Assembly: GCA_038146865.1 (NCBI GenBank)
Contig: JAYQSL010000007.1
Coordinates: forward strand, 131,190 to 195,189
Direction of reading: 5' to 3'
DNA: 64,000 nucleotides
DNA from: Rhodospirillaceae bacterium
GTDB taxonomy: Bacteria > Pseudomonadota > Alphaproteobacteria > MPNO01 > UBA2964
Shown here piece after piece: positions 49,736 to 60,456 of the stretch; positions within the stretch are counted from its first letter, which is position 1; each line of letters starts with the position of its first letter. The notes under the pieces were generated by a model. It saw only the letters and a list, made by a program, of their open reading frames with translations, ran no database searches and was not told the origin of the DNA. The translations under genes were made by a program, and so were the position numbers.

Positions 49736-51535
49736 TTGAAAGGCTCTTGTCCAATGACCGTTTTCCTGACTGACCTCAAGTCGGTCTCTTTCTCGGCCAT
49801 ATGCTGCGCTGTAGGTTTAGTGCTAGCAGTCGGCCACGCGGCTTCACAGGAGCTGATCAAGGGAACCTCTGATCGGGTTGTCCCTGATGCCGAGCCCATC
49901 AGATTGGTTCCTTCGGTCGATAGTCCGGTGAAAACAGAAAAAAATTCCAATAAACCAAAAACGAAGACCGAAGCTGCCGTTAAGCTGAAAAAGCTAGATT
50001 TGGTTGATCCAGACTCCACCGGCATTCTGGATGCTGATGATGGAGGTTTCAAACCTGGCATGTGGGCGGGTTCAAGCAGGCCGTTAATTACCAATCTTCT
50101 TGGTTTGTTGCCTATAAAAATGACTTCGTCCAGCCAAAGGCAGCTGTTTAGGCGTCTTCTGCTTACAAGGGCTGACCCCCCTGTTGGTGAACAAATAAAT
50201 AAATCCTTATTGTCACTTCGGATCGCAGCCCTTTTCGATGCTGGTGATTATACGTCCGCGAACAAACTGATCGACGCGGTGGGTCATTCAAATGAGCAAT
50301 ACTCGAAAATAAAAACCGAGATACTTTTCCGTCGGCACGATCCGAAAAAGGCTTGTGGCATTGTTCAAGGCAAGGGGGAAGATTATAACGCGATCTACTG
50401 GAAAAAAGCAGAAGCCTATTGCCTCGCGATGGACGGTCAGAATGAAAAGGCATTGCTAATATCAGAAATTCTATCAGAACAGAGCGGTTCGGTAGAGCCA
50501 GCATTTTTAGTTGGTATCGAAGCGTTAACCGGCAGCAAGACTAGCGTGTTGACAAGAATTGAGTCATTCAATGGGTTATTAATATCTCTTTTGCAGTCTG
50601 GAAAAGTCGCTTTACCGGATACTTTGCCCCTAAGCTCTAAAATTGGAGACTTAGCTGCCCTCGCTTTTTCGGAGGCTCGGCCTCCAACGAGGCGAATCCT
50701 TGATGGAGAAATTGCAATGTTGGGCGGGGCCATTACCCCCTATCAACTTGTTGGGCTTTATAAAATCAAGAAAGCAAAAAATACAGATTTGTTGCGAGTT
50801 GCTGAGGATAAGAAAATAACATGGAATGCGGAAAATCGCTCTTTCGTATTGCAGGCGGCGCTCGCGGAGGCACTGCCAGCAAAAAGGGCTAGGATTGTAG
50901 AACGGGCACTTTTATTAGCTCGCTTGCATAAAACCTTTGCTCTTACCGCGCTGGTGATGATGCCGGTCATGGATGAAATTGAACCATCCGCTGAATTATC
51001 GTGGTTTGCCCCTTGGGCTGTCCGTGCCTACGCTATCGGTGGCAACATGATAGCGGTTAGAAAGTGGCGTGATCTGATATCCAAGTCATCAGATACCTCG
51101 GTTTTGCCCTTAACTGTGTTGTCCGGTAGTTCAGCAAATGAAATTATTTCGGAAAAGACACTCCATCAGTGGTATTTGTCGCGAGAGAAGGCTGATCAGG
51201 AGGAGTTTGGAAACCAGGCGAGACTCTTTTATTCATTATTGCAAGCTCTCGACATCCCAGTGGCGGGGTCTTTATGGTCCGATGTCATAAATAGGGAAAA
51301 TATAGACGAGCCGCTGCCAATGATAAGCGGTGTTTTGTCGCTTTTGTCAGATGCGGCCTCGAGAGGCAGGGTGGGAGAGACTGTCGCTTTGGCAATCATT
51401 TTATTAGGCGAGGCCGGGACAGAGCGTTCTAATCATTACGCCGTGGTTCAGGTGGTGAAGGCATTACACATGGTGGGTCAAGGCGAAATTGCTAGACAGT
51501 TGGCTCTTGAAGCAGCCGTCGCCGCTGGTCTGTAA
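49736..51535 (+). CDS. Large secreted or periplasmic alpha-helical hypothetical protein (599 aa)
   Basis: The N-terminus has a hydrophobic signal-like segment (SFSAICCAVGLVLAVGHAASQ). The protein is all-helical and has no recognisable catalytic motif. It lies directly upstream of xerD. Confidence 0.6.
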   Translation: MKGSCPMTVFLTDLKSVSFSAICCAVGLVLAVGHAASQELIKGTSDRVVPDAEPIRLVPSVDSPVKTEKNSNKPKTKTEAAVKLKKLDLVDPDSTGILDADDGGFKPGMWAGSSRPLITNLLGLLPIKMTSSSQRQLFRRLLLTRADPPVGEQINKSLLSLRIAALFDAGDYTSANKLIDAVGHSNEQYSKIKTEILFRRHDPKKACGIVQGKGEDYNAIYWKKAEAYCLAMDGQNEKALLISEILSEQSGSVEPAFLVGIEALTGSKTSVLTRIESFNGLLISLLQSGKVALPDTLPLSSKIGDLAALAFSEARPPTRRILDGEIAMLGGAITPYQLVGLYKIKKAKNTDLLRVAEDKKITWNAENRSFVLQAALAEALPAKRARIVERALLLARLHKTFALTALVMMPVMDEIEPSAELSWFAPWAVRAYAIGGNMIAVRKWRDLISKSSDTSVLPLTVLSGSSANEIISEKTLHQWYLSREKADQEEFGNQARLFYSLLQALDIPVAGSLWSDVINRENIDEPLPMISGVLSLLSDAASRGRVGETVALAIILLGEAGTERSNHYAVVQVVKALHMVGQGEIARQLALEAAVAAGL

Positions 51536-52465
51536 TTGGTTTTGATAGAGATAAGTTTCGCTGGGGTCATAGAAGACTTTGTCGAGATGATGTTGGTTGA
51601 ACGTGGTGCGACAGGAAATACGATAGACGCTTATTCGAGAGATCTTAAAAGATTCTCTGATAGAGCTGGTGAAGCCGACTTGGGACCCAAAGATGTTACA
51701 ACCAAGTTTGTTCGTGATTATCTTGCTGATCTCAGTAATGCTGGCTTTTCCTCTTCAACACAAGCTCGGCATATATCTACACTTCGGCAATTTTTCGGCT
51801 TTTTGGTAGAAGAGAAAATTCGTTTTGATGATCCTATGATAGCTATCGATACACCAAAACGAACCTATCATCTGCCAAAACTTTTGACTGAGAAAGAAGT
51901 GCAGACGATTCTTGTTTTCTGTTCAAGAGATCAAACTGCCGAAGGGCTTCGGACGAGCGCGATCATAGAGATTTTATACGGGTCTGGACTGAGAGTATCC
52001 GAACTTGTCTCCCTTCCTATGGATGGTATTTCTCTCGGAGAGAGATATATAAGGGTCAGGGGAAAAGGCGGCGTGGAAAGGATAGTTCCCCTCAATGATT
52101 CCGCCATAAATTCCCTAAAAAGGTGGCTCGCGGTAAGAAAAAAATTTATCCCAGATGGTCAGAATTCGAAATTTTTATTTCCCGCCGTTAAATCTAAATT
52201 AGGTCACCTATCGAGGGTGTCTGTTAGCTTGATGTTGAAAAAGGCGGCATGGGCCTCTGGCATTGATCCTGCTAGAGTTTCTCCGCACGTTTTTCGTCAT
52301 GCTTTTGCGAGCCATTTATTGGCAAATGACGCGGATCTTCGGTCAGTTCAGCAAATGCTGGGACATGCGGATATCTCTACTACGCAAATTTATACCCACG
52401 TTTTAGAAAATAGACTAAGATCTGTCGTTGAGAAATATCACCCTTTGGCTGAGAGAAAAGATTGA
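51536..52465 (+). CDS. xerD: Tyrosine recombinase XerD
   Basis: The catalytic box RHAFASHLL...[15 protein letters not shown] carries the R-H-R-Y tyrosine. It sits in housekeeping context, so it is not an integrase island. Confidence 0.9.
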   Translation: MVLIEISFAGVIEDFVEMMLVERGATGNTIDAYSRDLKRFSDRAGEADLGPKDVTTKFVRDYLADLSNAGFSSSTQARHISTLRQFFGFLVEEKIRFDDPMIAIDTPKRTYHLPKLLTEKEVQTILVFCSRDQTAEGLRTSAIIEILYGSGLRVSELVSLPMDGISLGERYIRVRGKGGVERIVPLNDSAINSLKRWLAVRKKFIPDGQNSKFLFPAVKSKLGHLSRVSVSLMLKKAAWASGIDPARVSPHVFRHAFASHLLANDADLRSVQQMLGHADISTTQIYTHVLENRLRSVVEKYHPLAERKD

Positions 52466-52472
52466 GAACCCA

Positions 52473-53432
52473 ATGCTAAGCTTTTTTGACTTTGAAAAAA
52501 ATATCGCAGAATTAGAGGGACAGTTGGAAGAGTTGCGGCATTTATCTGATATCGGGGATATAAAAATAGCGGATGAAGTCTTAAAACTTCAGACGCGAAT
52601 TGATAAAGCACTTGGTTCCACCTATTCAAAGCTTACTGCTTGGCAGAAAGTACAGGTGGCTCGTCATCCCGAGAGACCGCACTGTATAGATTTTATCAGT
52701 GCGTTAATCGATGATTTTGTTCCTTTGGCAGGCGATCGAACCTTTTCCGAAGATGCAGCCATCCTGGGAGGGATAGGTCGGTTCCGCGGTGGTTCCGTGG
52801 TGGTTATTGGGCAAGAAAAGGGAAGTGATACTGAGACAAGGATAAAGCATAGTTTTGGGATGCCAAAACCCGAAGGTTACAGAAAGGCCGTAAGACTAGT
52901 AGAGCTTGCCGATAAATTTAACTTACCTGTTATTACCTTTGTAGATACTCCTGGTGCTTATCCTGGGATTGGGGCAGAGGAAAGAGGACAATCTGAAGCT
53001 ATAGCGAGGTCGATTGAGAAATTTCTTTCCGTTGGTCAGCCTGTAGTTAGTGTAGTAATTGGTGAAGGAGGATCCGGGGGTGCTATAGCGTTGGCGACCG
53101 CTAATGAAGTTATGATGATGGAACATTCGATATACTCTGTCATCTCTCCTGAGGGGTGTGCTTCAATTTTGTGGCGCAGTTCCGATCATGCAGAGCAAGC
53201 CGCCGAAGCTTTGAAATTAACAGCCCAAGACCTTCTAAAATTTGGGGTAATTGATAGGATTGTCCCAGAGCCTCTGGGAGCAGCTCATAGATCTCCTGAA
53301 AAGGCAATTCAAGCTGTGGGCGGTGCGATCGCGGAGGCCCTCCGTCAATTGATCGGCATGGACCCAAATCAATTAATTAAGGAACGACAAGAAAAGTTTT
53401 TGAGGATGGGAGATGAGGCACTCTTAGATTGA
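52473..53432 (+). CDS. accA: Acetyl-CoA carboxylase carboxyltransferase subunit alpha
   Basis: Collinear with E. coli AccA ([14 protein letters not shown]...[22 protein letters not shown]...[10 protein letters not shown]). The start is MLSFFDF; the ORF is open from 52428. Confidence 0.95.
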   Translation: MLSFFDFEKNIAELEGQLEELRHLSDIGDIKIADEVLKLQTRIDKALGSTYSKLTAWQKVQVARHPERPHCIDFISALIDDFVPLAGDRTFSEDAAILGGIGRFRGGSVVVIGQEKGSDTETRIKHSFGMPKPEGYRKAVRLVELADKFNLPVITFVDTPGAYPGIGAEERGQSEAIARSIEKFLSVGQPVVSVVIGEGGSGGAIALATANEVMMMEHSIYSVISPEGCASILWRSSDHAEQAAEALKLTAQDLLKFGVIDRIVPEPLGAAHRSPEKAIQAVGGAIAEALRQLIGMDPNQLIKERQEKFLRMGDEALLD

Positions 53433-53549
53433 GTTTTGTTTATCGATTGCCCACTGAGTTTCCCTAAAAACACACTGCCGAGTCGTGATCTTCAAGCAGT
53501 CGTAATTAATGATTCAAGGAACTTAACTGCTGACTTTTTTGGGCCGCCG

Positions 53550-56357
53550 TTATGCAATTTTCCCGTGACAACGTTTGAATTTCTCGCCTGACCCGCATGG
53601 GCATGAGACGTTTCGCGGAACTTTCCCCCAAGTAGATGCGTCGTCAGGGTCAATCCATTTACCAAGGGGCTCGTGGAATATCCATCCTTCTGGTGCTTGG
53701 TCCGTGTCCTTATCGGTTAAAAAATCATTTCGACTGACGTCCATAGCTTGGAGTTGGGCTGCTGGATGAACTGAATCGAGTGTAACAGAGTTTTCAGGGA
53801 ATGCTGGATCTTCACGCGACTCAAATGTCGTCTGTCCCGCATAAGACATGGAATCTTCTATATTAGTATCAGAGATTTCCATATGGCAGAGGACCATTGA
53901 AACGGTGTCCCGCAATGACTCTGTCATTTGTTCAAATAAGTTAAAGGCCTCGTGTTTGTATTCGTTCAGTGGGTCTTTTTGAGCGTATGCACGAAGGCCA
54001 ATTCCTTGTCGCAAATGGTCCAAAGCAAGCAAGTGTTCTTTCCAGGTCTGGTCAAGTACTTGGAGCAAGACGCTCTTTTCGGCTAGCCGAATCAATTCCG
54101 GTCCATAATTAGCCACTTTCTGGGCCATTTTGCGATCAATAGCGTCAACTAGTCTCGAGCTGATCTCTTCATCAGCGATACCTTCTTCGGCTGCCCAATC
54201 TGATATGGGGAGATCCAAACCGGTCAGGCGAAGAATTTCGTCATGCAGTGCTTCCGTTTCCCATTGTTCCGAGTAAGCACTTTCTGGTATGTACCGCGCG
54301 ACCATGTCGTCTAAAACTTCATGTCGCATGTCAATGATTGTTTGTGAAACGTCCTCTGACTTCATAAGCTCTTTACGCTGTTCGTAAATAACTTTGCGTT
54401 GATCATTCATGACATCGTCGAATTTCAGGAGATTTTTCCTGATTTCGAAGTTACGTTCCTCAACTTTGCGTTGGGCTTTCTCGAGTGCTTTGTTAATCCA
54501 AGGATGGACAATCGCTTCTCCCTCCTCGAGACCCAATTTCTGTAGCATTCCGTCGAGACGATCTGAGCCAAAAATACGCATAAGGTCGTCTTCCAAAGAG
54601 AGAAAAAATTTTGAAGCCCCGGGATCGCCTTGGCGTCCCGAACGCCCCCTTAATTGATTGTCAATGCGTCGCGCCTCATGCCTTTCTGTTCCAATAATAT
54701 ACAGGCCGCCGGCTTCTAAAACGGTTGCCCGATGAGCGGCCACTTCTAACTCAATTTTGTCTGTTAGTTCAGCCTCTTTTGATTTTTTGTCCTTTGCAGA
54801 TTTAATCTTTGCCAGTTCATTTATTAAGCGCATCTCCACATTTCCGCCCAACTGAATATCTGTTCCGCGTCCTGCCATATTTGTAGCTATAGTTACTTGG
54901 CCGGGCATTCCTGCCTGAGCGATAATATAAGCTTCTTGTTCATGGTAGCGCGCATTTAACACATTGTGCGGTATTTTATCTTGTTTCAGCCGAGCAGATA
55001 ATTCTTCCGATTTCTCAATGGAAACGGTTCCTACAAGAGCCGGCTGTTGTCGCTCACGGCACTCTTTGATCAGCTTTACAATGGCTGAATATTTTTCTTC
55101 AGAGGTTCGATAAACCTCATCATCCTCATCTTGTCTGCGTGTTGGTTGGTTTGTTTCTATTTCAACAACTTCTAAATTGTAAATATCACTGAATTCTCCC
55201 GCTTCAGTCATTGCCGTGCCAGTCATGCCAGCGAGTTTGGGATATAACCTGAAGTAATTTTGAAATGTTATGGATGCGAGAGTCTGATTTTCGTTTTGCA
55301 CAGAAACATTTTCTTTGGCCTCTAAAGCTTGATGTAGGCCCTCTGAAAACCGTCTCCCCTCCATCATACGGCCAGTAAATTCATCAATTATGATGACCTG
55401 GTTATCTTTTACAATATAGTCTTTGTCGCGCTCAAATAAAGTGTGGGCACGAAGAGCAGAATTTACGTGGTGCACTAGTCCGATGTTTTGAATATCATAG
55501 AGGCTGGCGCCCTCGAGAAGGTTATTTTTAGAGAGAAGTTGCTCTATTTTCTCGGTTCCCGGTTCGGTCAATGACACTGAGCGCTGTTTTTCATCCTTCT
55601 CATAGTCATCTGTGGTCAATTCGTTCATTAAAGAATCGATCTGGCGATACAATTCAGAAGAGTCCTCAGTGGGGCCCGATATAATCAGGGGGGTTCGTGC
55701 CTCATCGATCAGGATAGAGTCCACTTCATCAACTATTGCGAAGTTGAATTCTCTTTGAACCATCTCTTCTAGAGAAAATTTCATGTTGTCTCTGAGATAA
55801 TCAAAACCAAACTCGTTATTGGTTCCGTAAGTTATGTCAGCGGCGTATGCCTTGGTACGCTCTTCGTCAGTCAATCCATGGGTAATGCAAGCTACCGAGA
55901 GGCCAAGGAATTCGTATATCCGTCCCATCCATTCTGAGTCTCGCTTGGCCAAGTAATCATTGACGGTAACCACGTGGACACCCTTGCCCTCGAGAGCATT
56001 CAGATAGCAGGCCAAAGTGGCGACCAGCGTTTTTCCCTCGCCAGTCTTCATTTCAGCGATTGCTCCTCTGTGCAATACAATTCCGCCCATAAGTTGGACA
56101 TCATAATGGCGCTGCCCTAGTGTGCGCTTTGCTGCTTCCCTCACTGTTGCAAAAGCTTCAGGAAGGATGTTTTCAAGCGTTTCCGCGCCTTTTAGACGGT
56201 CACGAAACATTTCAGTCCTGGACCTTAAGTTTAAGTCATCGAGAGCCTCGAGTTCAGCCTCCAGAGAATTGATTTGTTCTATCGTGCTTCGTAATTGTTT
56301 AAGGTATCTTGAATTGGCAGAACCAAAAAAACGACTCGCAATTTTACTGATTAACAT
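53550..56357 (-). CDS. secA: Preprotein translocase ATPase SecA
   Basis: 935 aa, with DEAD motor motifs and the C-terminal zinc finger [14 protein letters not shown]. Confidence 0.97.
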   Translation of the reverse strand: MLISKIASRFFGSANSRYLKQLRSTIEQINSLEAELEALDDLNLRSRTEMFRDRLKGAETLENILPEAFATVREAAKRTLGQRHYDVQLMGGIVLHRGAIAEMKTGEGKTLVATLACYLNALEGKGVHVVTVNDYLAKRDSEWMGRIYEFLGLSVACITHGLTDEERTKAYAADITYGTNNEFGFDYLRDNMKFSLEEMVQREFNFAIVDEVDSILIDEARTPLIISGPTEDSSELYRQIDSLMNELTTDDYEKDEKQRSVSLTEPGTEKIEQLLSKNNLLEGASLYDIQNIGLVHHVNSALRAHTLFERDKDYIVKDNQVIIIDEFTGRMMEGRRFSEGLHQALEAKENVSVQNENQTLASITFQNYFRLYPKLAGMTGTAMTEAGEFSDIYNLEVVEIETNQPTRRQDEDDEVYRTSEEKYSAIVKLIKECRERQQPALVGTVSIEKSEELSARLKQDKIPHNVLNARYHEQEAYIIAQAGMPGQVTIATNMAGRGTDIQLGGNVEMRLINELAKIKSAKDKKSKEAELTDKIELEVAAHRATVLEAGGLYIIGTERHEARRIDNQLRGRSGRQGDPGASKFFLSLEDDLMRIFGSDRLDGMLQKLGLEEGEAIVHPWINKALEKAQRKVEERNFEIRKNLLKFDDVMNDQRKVIYEQRKELMKSEDVSQTIIDMRHEVLDDMVARYIPESAYSEQWETEALHDEILRLTGLDLPISDWAAEEGIADEEISSRLVDAIDRKMAQKVANYGPELIRLAEKSVLLQVLDQTWKEHLLALDHLRQGIGLRAYAQKDPLNEYKHEAFNLFEQMTESLRDTVSMVLCHMEISDTNIEDSMSYAGQTTFESREDPAFPENSVTLDSVHPAAQLQAMDVSRNDFLTDKDTDQAPEGWIFHEPLGKWIDPDDASTWGKVPRNVSCPCGSGEKFKRCHGKIA

Positions 56358-56546
56358 GGACTATATTTTTCCCAAGTTTTTCGGTAGTTCGGACGAAATG
56401 TTTACCATTTGTAAAGACGGCAGTCACTAAGGCATGTAGTTCGCTTATGTCAAAGAATTATTACATAAGTGTGACCTAGATTTTATAAAAAATTACCCCT
56501 AAGACAGAAGTCTATAGCCTAGCAATTCAAAGCAGAAGCGATCAAA

Positions 56547-57776
56547 ATGAGCCAAAAGTCACCGTTAGCTCCAAAAAGATTTCCCAAAATGCCGTCGATA
56601 GAGGGTCTGACTATGGCCTCAACGGCATGTGGATTGCGCTATCGGGGTCGTAAAGATGCTATGCTCGCAATCTTAACCCCGGGAACTACAGTCGCTGGTT
56701 GTTTTACAAAGTCATTGACCGCGTCAGCTCCTGTCGATTGGTGCAAAAGCGCTTTGAAAGGAGGCTTCGCTAGGGCGCTAATAGTGAACTCTGGTAACGC
56801 TAATGCCTTTACAGGCTTCCAGGGTGATAAAGCTGTTATTCAGACCGTCAACGGTATCGCTGAAATTCTTGGATGCGATCAAAAAAATGTCTTCGTGTCC
56901 TCAACGGGAGTTATAGGTGAACCACTTCAAGTAGATAAATTGCTCAAAGCAATACCTCGATTGGTGAAAAAGGCAAAACCTGGAGGTTGGCTAGATGCTG
57001 CTAAAGCGATTATGACCACTGATACATTCCCTAAAGGCGCAGTAGCCCAATCCAAGATTGGAGATAAACGCGTAACAATTTGTGGCATATCGAAGGGTTC
57101 GGGGATGATTGCACCCGATATGGCGACTATGCTGGGCTATATTTTTACCGATGCGAAAATAGATCAAAAAATCCTTCAGTCTTGTTTGAAGTCTGCGGTC
57201 TCAAGGTCCTTCAATTCGATCTCGGTAGATAGCGACACATCAACCAGTGACTCTGTCTTGCTTTGCGCCACTGGAGCGGCAAAAAACCGTTCACCTCAGT
57301 CAGCACGGGATCCAATTCTTAAAGGTTTTAGAAATGCATTGAATGCTGTAGCGCTCGATTTGGCACAGCAGATTGTGCGTGATGGTGAGGGCGCTACCAA
57401 ATTCGTATCCATTTCAGTTACGGGAGCCTCCAATCATTCCTCCGCCAGAGTTATTGCTCTAGCAATAGCGAACTCCCCATTGGTAAAAACAGCGATTGCT
57501 GGGGGAGATGCGAATTGGGGCAGGATTGTAATGGCTGTTGGGAAGTCTGGAGAAAAGGCAAATCGTGATGCGTTAGCAATTAAGATTGGTGGTGTGCAAG
57601 TCACTAAAGATGGCTTCCGAGTACCTGGCTACGATGAGGCACCAGTCTCCCAGCACATGGCGGGTGATGAGATAGCGATAGAGGTTGATGTCGGCGTGGC
57701 GCAGGGAATTGCTAAAGTGTGGACCTGCGATCTTACTCATGAGTACATTAGAATTAATGCCGACTATAGAAGTTGA
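56547..57776 (+). CDS. argJ: Bifunctional glutamate N-acetyltransferase/amino-acid acetyltransferase ArgJ
   Basis: ArgJ family with the autoproteolytic ATML-type site (MATMLGYIFTDA); 409 aa. Confidence 0.9.
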   Translation: MSQKSPLAPKRFPKMPSIEGLTMASTACGLRYRGRKDAMLAILTPGTTVAGCFTKSLTASAPVDWCKSALKGGFARALIVNSGNANAFTGFQGDKAVIQTVNGIAEILGCDQKNVFVSSTGVIGEPLQVDKLLKAIPRLVKKAKPGGWLDAAKAIMTTDTFPKGAVAQSKIGDKRVTICGISKGSGMIAPDMATMLGYIFTDAKIDQKILQSCLKSAVSRSFNSISVDSDTSTSDSVLLCATGAAKNRSPQSARDPILKGFRNALNAVALDLAQQIVRDGEGATKFVSISVTGASNHSSARVIALAIANSPLVKTAIAGGDANWGRIVMAVGKSGEKANRDALAIKIGGVQVTKDGFRVPGYDEAPVSQHMAGDEIAIEVDVGVAQGIAKVWTCDLTHEYIRINADYRS

Positions 57777-58182
57777 GGACCCAATTCCAATGGTTCTTGT
57801 GGTCGCGGCTGCACTCATTGACTCAGATGGTCGTGTTCTGATAGCGAGGCGTCCCTCGGGGAGAAAAATGGCAGGTCTTTGGGAATTCCCCGGAGGTAAA
57901 GTTGAGCAAGGCGAAACACCCGAAAGTGCTTTAATCCGAGAGCTCAGAGAGGAACTAGGAATTGATGTAACTGAAAATTGCTTGGCACCCTTAACTTTTG
58001 CATCGCATCCCTACCCCGAATTTCATCTTTTAATGCCTCTTTATGTGTGTCGAGTTTGGGAAGGTCAGGTCAAGGGAAACGAGAAACAAGCATTGAAATG
58101 GGTTTTCCCGAGGGATTTGAGAGATTTCCCGATGCCCGAGGCGGACAAACCTCTAATACCGACTCTACGAGATCTTCTCTAG
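57757..58182 (+). CDS. mutT: NUDIX hydrolase (MutT-like 8-oxo-dGTP diphosphatase)
   Basis: Nudix box GGKVEQGETPESALIRELREELGI. The start is uncertain; the ORF is open from 57685 and overlaps argJ. Confidence 0.8.
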   Translation: MPTIEVEDPIPMVLVVAAALIDSDGRVLIARRPSGRKMAGLWEFPGGKVEQGETPESALIRELREELGIDVTENCLAPLTFASHPYPEFHLLMPLYVCRVWEGQVKGNEKQALKWVFPRDLRDFPMPEADKPLIPTLRDLL

Positions 58183-58292
58183 TTAACTAAATGTAATTCC
58201 TATCTAGTCGCTCTTCTTGCCCTCATTGATTTCATGCAAAAAATTAAAGGCTAATATGTTGTCTCTTTCTCTCGGAACAGCTCAAAAATGGA

Positions 58293-59573
58293 TTGGCCAA
58301 TCATCGAATTCGCAATCGCATGGAAAGAGTTTTAATGGCTGAGGGGAAAGTAGATTATAGGGCATGGACCATCGTAGCCGTGATGTTTTTGGCTCTCGGG
58401 CTGGCGTTTACGGGTCGGGCGTCCTTGCCTGTTTTGATGACTGCTTGGGAAAATGATTTTGGTTGGACAAGGACTTTCATGGCATCAGGGGGCGCTGTGA
58501 TACTCATTGTAATGGCTGTTAGCGCGCCCGTGGTTGGAAATTTACTCGATAGACATGGTCCCCGATTTATAGTGGGGGCCGGTCTTATTCTCAGCGGCCT
58601 CTCGATTTCGTTGACTGGAATGATGGAGACCAAGTGGGCTTTTCTTATTTTATTTTGTATCTCTGCAGCAATTGGGTACGGGGTGGTTAGCATCCCTATC
58701 GCGGCCGCCACGATCTCCCGAAGATTTGATCACAATCGAGGTTTTGCCAGCTCAATTGGAATGGCAGGAGTAGGAGGAGGGCAAGCAATATTTCTCCCTT
58801 TGATCGCATGGGCGATTAGCATGTATGGGTGGAGAATGGCCCTTGTTGTTTTTGGAATAGGCCTAATCGTCATTGGCTTTTTGTCCATGTTTTTCATGGA
58901 TAACGAGGTTAAGGTTTCGCAGAGCCCTGCCGATCAGCAAAATATCAGTGCTGGTTTTAGAACAAAATTATATTCGGTTATTAGAAATAAAATTTTTTGG
59001 CTACTAGGCACAGCGTATATAATTTGTGGGTTTACTACGGCCGGAATTGTAAAAGTTCATTTTGTACCATTCGCAAACCTGATTTGTGGGTTTTCCCTAA
59101 ATGAAAGTGCTACGGCTTACGGGGTCTTGGCCTTATTTGATGCTGTAGGTTTGTTAATCGCCGGTTATTTGTCTGACCGAGTGCATAGACCGCTCTTGCT
59201 GGGGTTAATTTATTTTCTTCGGGCTTTGACCTTTCTGATGCTGTTCTTTGTGCCAACAGAGTATTGGGTTTTGCTCGCATTTGCCGTGCTATTCGGTAGC
59301 TTAGATTTTGCAACAGTCCCTCTAAATGCAGGTCTTGTGGGTGATCATTTGGGTCTTCGAACAATGGGTCTATCGATGGGACTGATGTTCGCAGGTCATT
59401 CCTTCGGTGGTGCGCTAGGTTCTCTCTTCGGCGGAGTAGCGTATGATTATATTGCCTCATATGATTGGGTGTGGTTGGCTGGCCTGGCGCTTGCTTTTAT
59501 TGCCTCAATTCTTGCTTGGTCCGTTCCTGAAGCCCGTCGAGCTCGACCTCATGTGGGGAATGCAGGCAACTAA
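58293..59573 (+). CDS. MFS transporter
   Basis: Twelve predicted TM helices and the MFS motif GxLxDRxGxR (GNLLDRHGPRF). Alternative starts are at 58320 and 58335. Confidence 0.85.
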   Translation: MANHRIRNRMERVLMAEGKVDYRAWTIVAVMFLALGLAFTGRASLPVLMTAWENDFGWTRTFMASGGAVILIVMAVSAPVVGNLLDRHGPRFIVGAGLILSGLSISLTGMMETKWAFLILFCISAAIGYGVVSIPIAAATISRRFDHNRGFASSIGMAGVGGGQAIFLPLIAWAISMYGWRMALVVFGIGLIVIGFLSMFFMDNEVKVSQSPADQQNISAGFRTKLYSVIRNKIFWLLGTAYIICGFTTAGIVKVHFVPFANLICGFSLNESATAYGVLALFDAVGLLIAGYLSDRVHRPLLLGLIYFLRALTFLMLFFVPTEYWVLLAFAVLFGSLDFATVPLNAGLVGDHLGLRTMGLSMGLMFAGHSFGGALGSLFGGVAYDYIASYDWVWLAGLALAFIASILAWSVPEARRARPHVGNAGN

Positions 59574-60352
59574 TTTGATTTTTTTAGCACTTCAGCGAGG
59601 TTTTTAAGTCCGCTACCTGGTCTTAGTGGCTGAGGCTGTGAACTATGAGGTGACCATCCAGTCAAAAAAACAATATCAAAAGTCGCACGAAGTCGTTGCT
59701 GGTGATCAGAGAAGTTTTTTCGGTATAGTCTTTTCATTTCAGAAAAAACATCTTTTCTAGAAAAATTTTTTTTCCGGTCTCTTAGAGAATTTGTCTCGCC
59801 CATTCCCCTTAAATCAAACATAAGTGAATCAACGCTCCTATACGTAACAATTATGCGGTCCTGGTCCGCGACAGGCAGTTTGAAACCAGTTCTCTGCAAA
59901 AGTGCTGCAGCATCTGCTAAGTCAACGAAAGGAGAGATCCTTGGCGATGCACCTCCCGTTAATTTGGATTCGGCCTCTATAAATGATTGACGCAGTTCTC
60001 CCAGAGTCTCTCCCCCGGGAAATGCAGCAAGGAATAACCCATTTGGTTTAAGTGCCTGGCGTATTTGAATTAAAATCCCGGGCAGATCATTCGCCCAATG
60101 GATGTTTCCGGTACATGTGATTAAATCGGCGCAGTTTCCAACAAGATCCAGTTTATCCGTTAACCCAAAAAAATCATCGTAGGCATCTATTGCGATAGGA
60201 GCATCGAAATCTTTTCGAACATCTTTTAGTCGATCTTCCAAACGGCTTTTGATTTCCTGGTGCAGAAAGTTGTGACTGCTAAACATTTGTTTTGCTCGCC
60301 GTCTGTGAGCCTTGATTGCTGATGGATCAAATATTTGCTTTGGTGGGGACAT
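59570..60352 (-). CDS. Class I SAM-dependent methyltransferase
   Basis: Methyltransferase fold blocks (DLITCTGNIHWAND..., ...LKPNGLFLAAF); 260 aa. Confidence 0.7.
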   Translation of the reverse strand: MSPPKQIFDPSAIKAHRRRAKQMFSSHNFLHQEIKSRLEDRLKDVRKDFDAPIAIDAYDDFFGLTDKLDLVGNCADLITCTGNIHWANDLPGILIQIRQALKPNGLFLAAFPGGETLGELRQSFIEAESKLTGGASPRISPFVDLADAAALLQRTGFKLPVADQDRIIVTYRSVDSLMFDLRGMGETNSLRDRKKNFSRKDVFSEMKRLYRKNFSDHQQRLRATFDIVFLTGWSPHSSQPQPLRPGSGLKNLAEVLKKSN

Positions 60353-60456
60353 AAGCGATAGCTTAACCTATGTCAGCTTCAGTGGTAAACACGACGTGAA
60401 TGTTCGATCTTTCGGTCGTTATAAAAGCCGGTTTCAATTTTTAGTGGGAGCAATAA

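Noticed and set aside
51536-52465. XerD as a sign of an integrated mobile element
   Set aside because: It is the housekeeping dif recombinase, flanked by aroK and accA, with no phage, transposase or att-like repeats nearby.
53575-56430. Antisense ORFs inside secA (53575-53769, 54409-54657, 56122-56430)
   Set aside because: They are shadow ORFs within a high-confidence 935-aa SecA gene.
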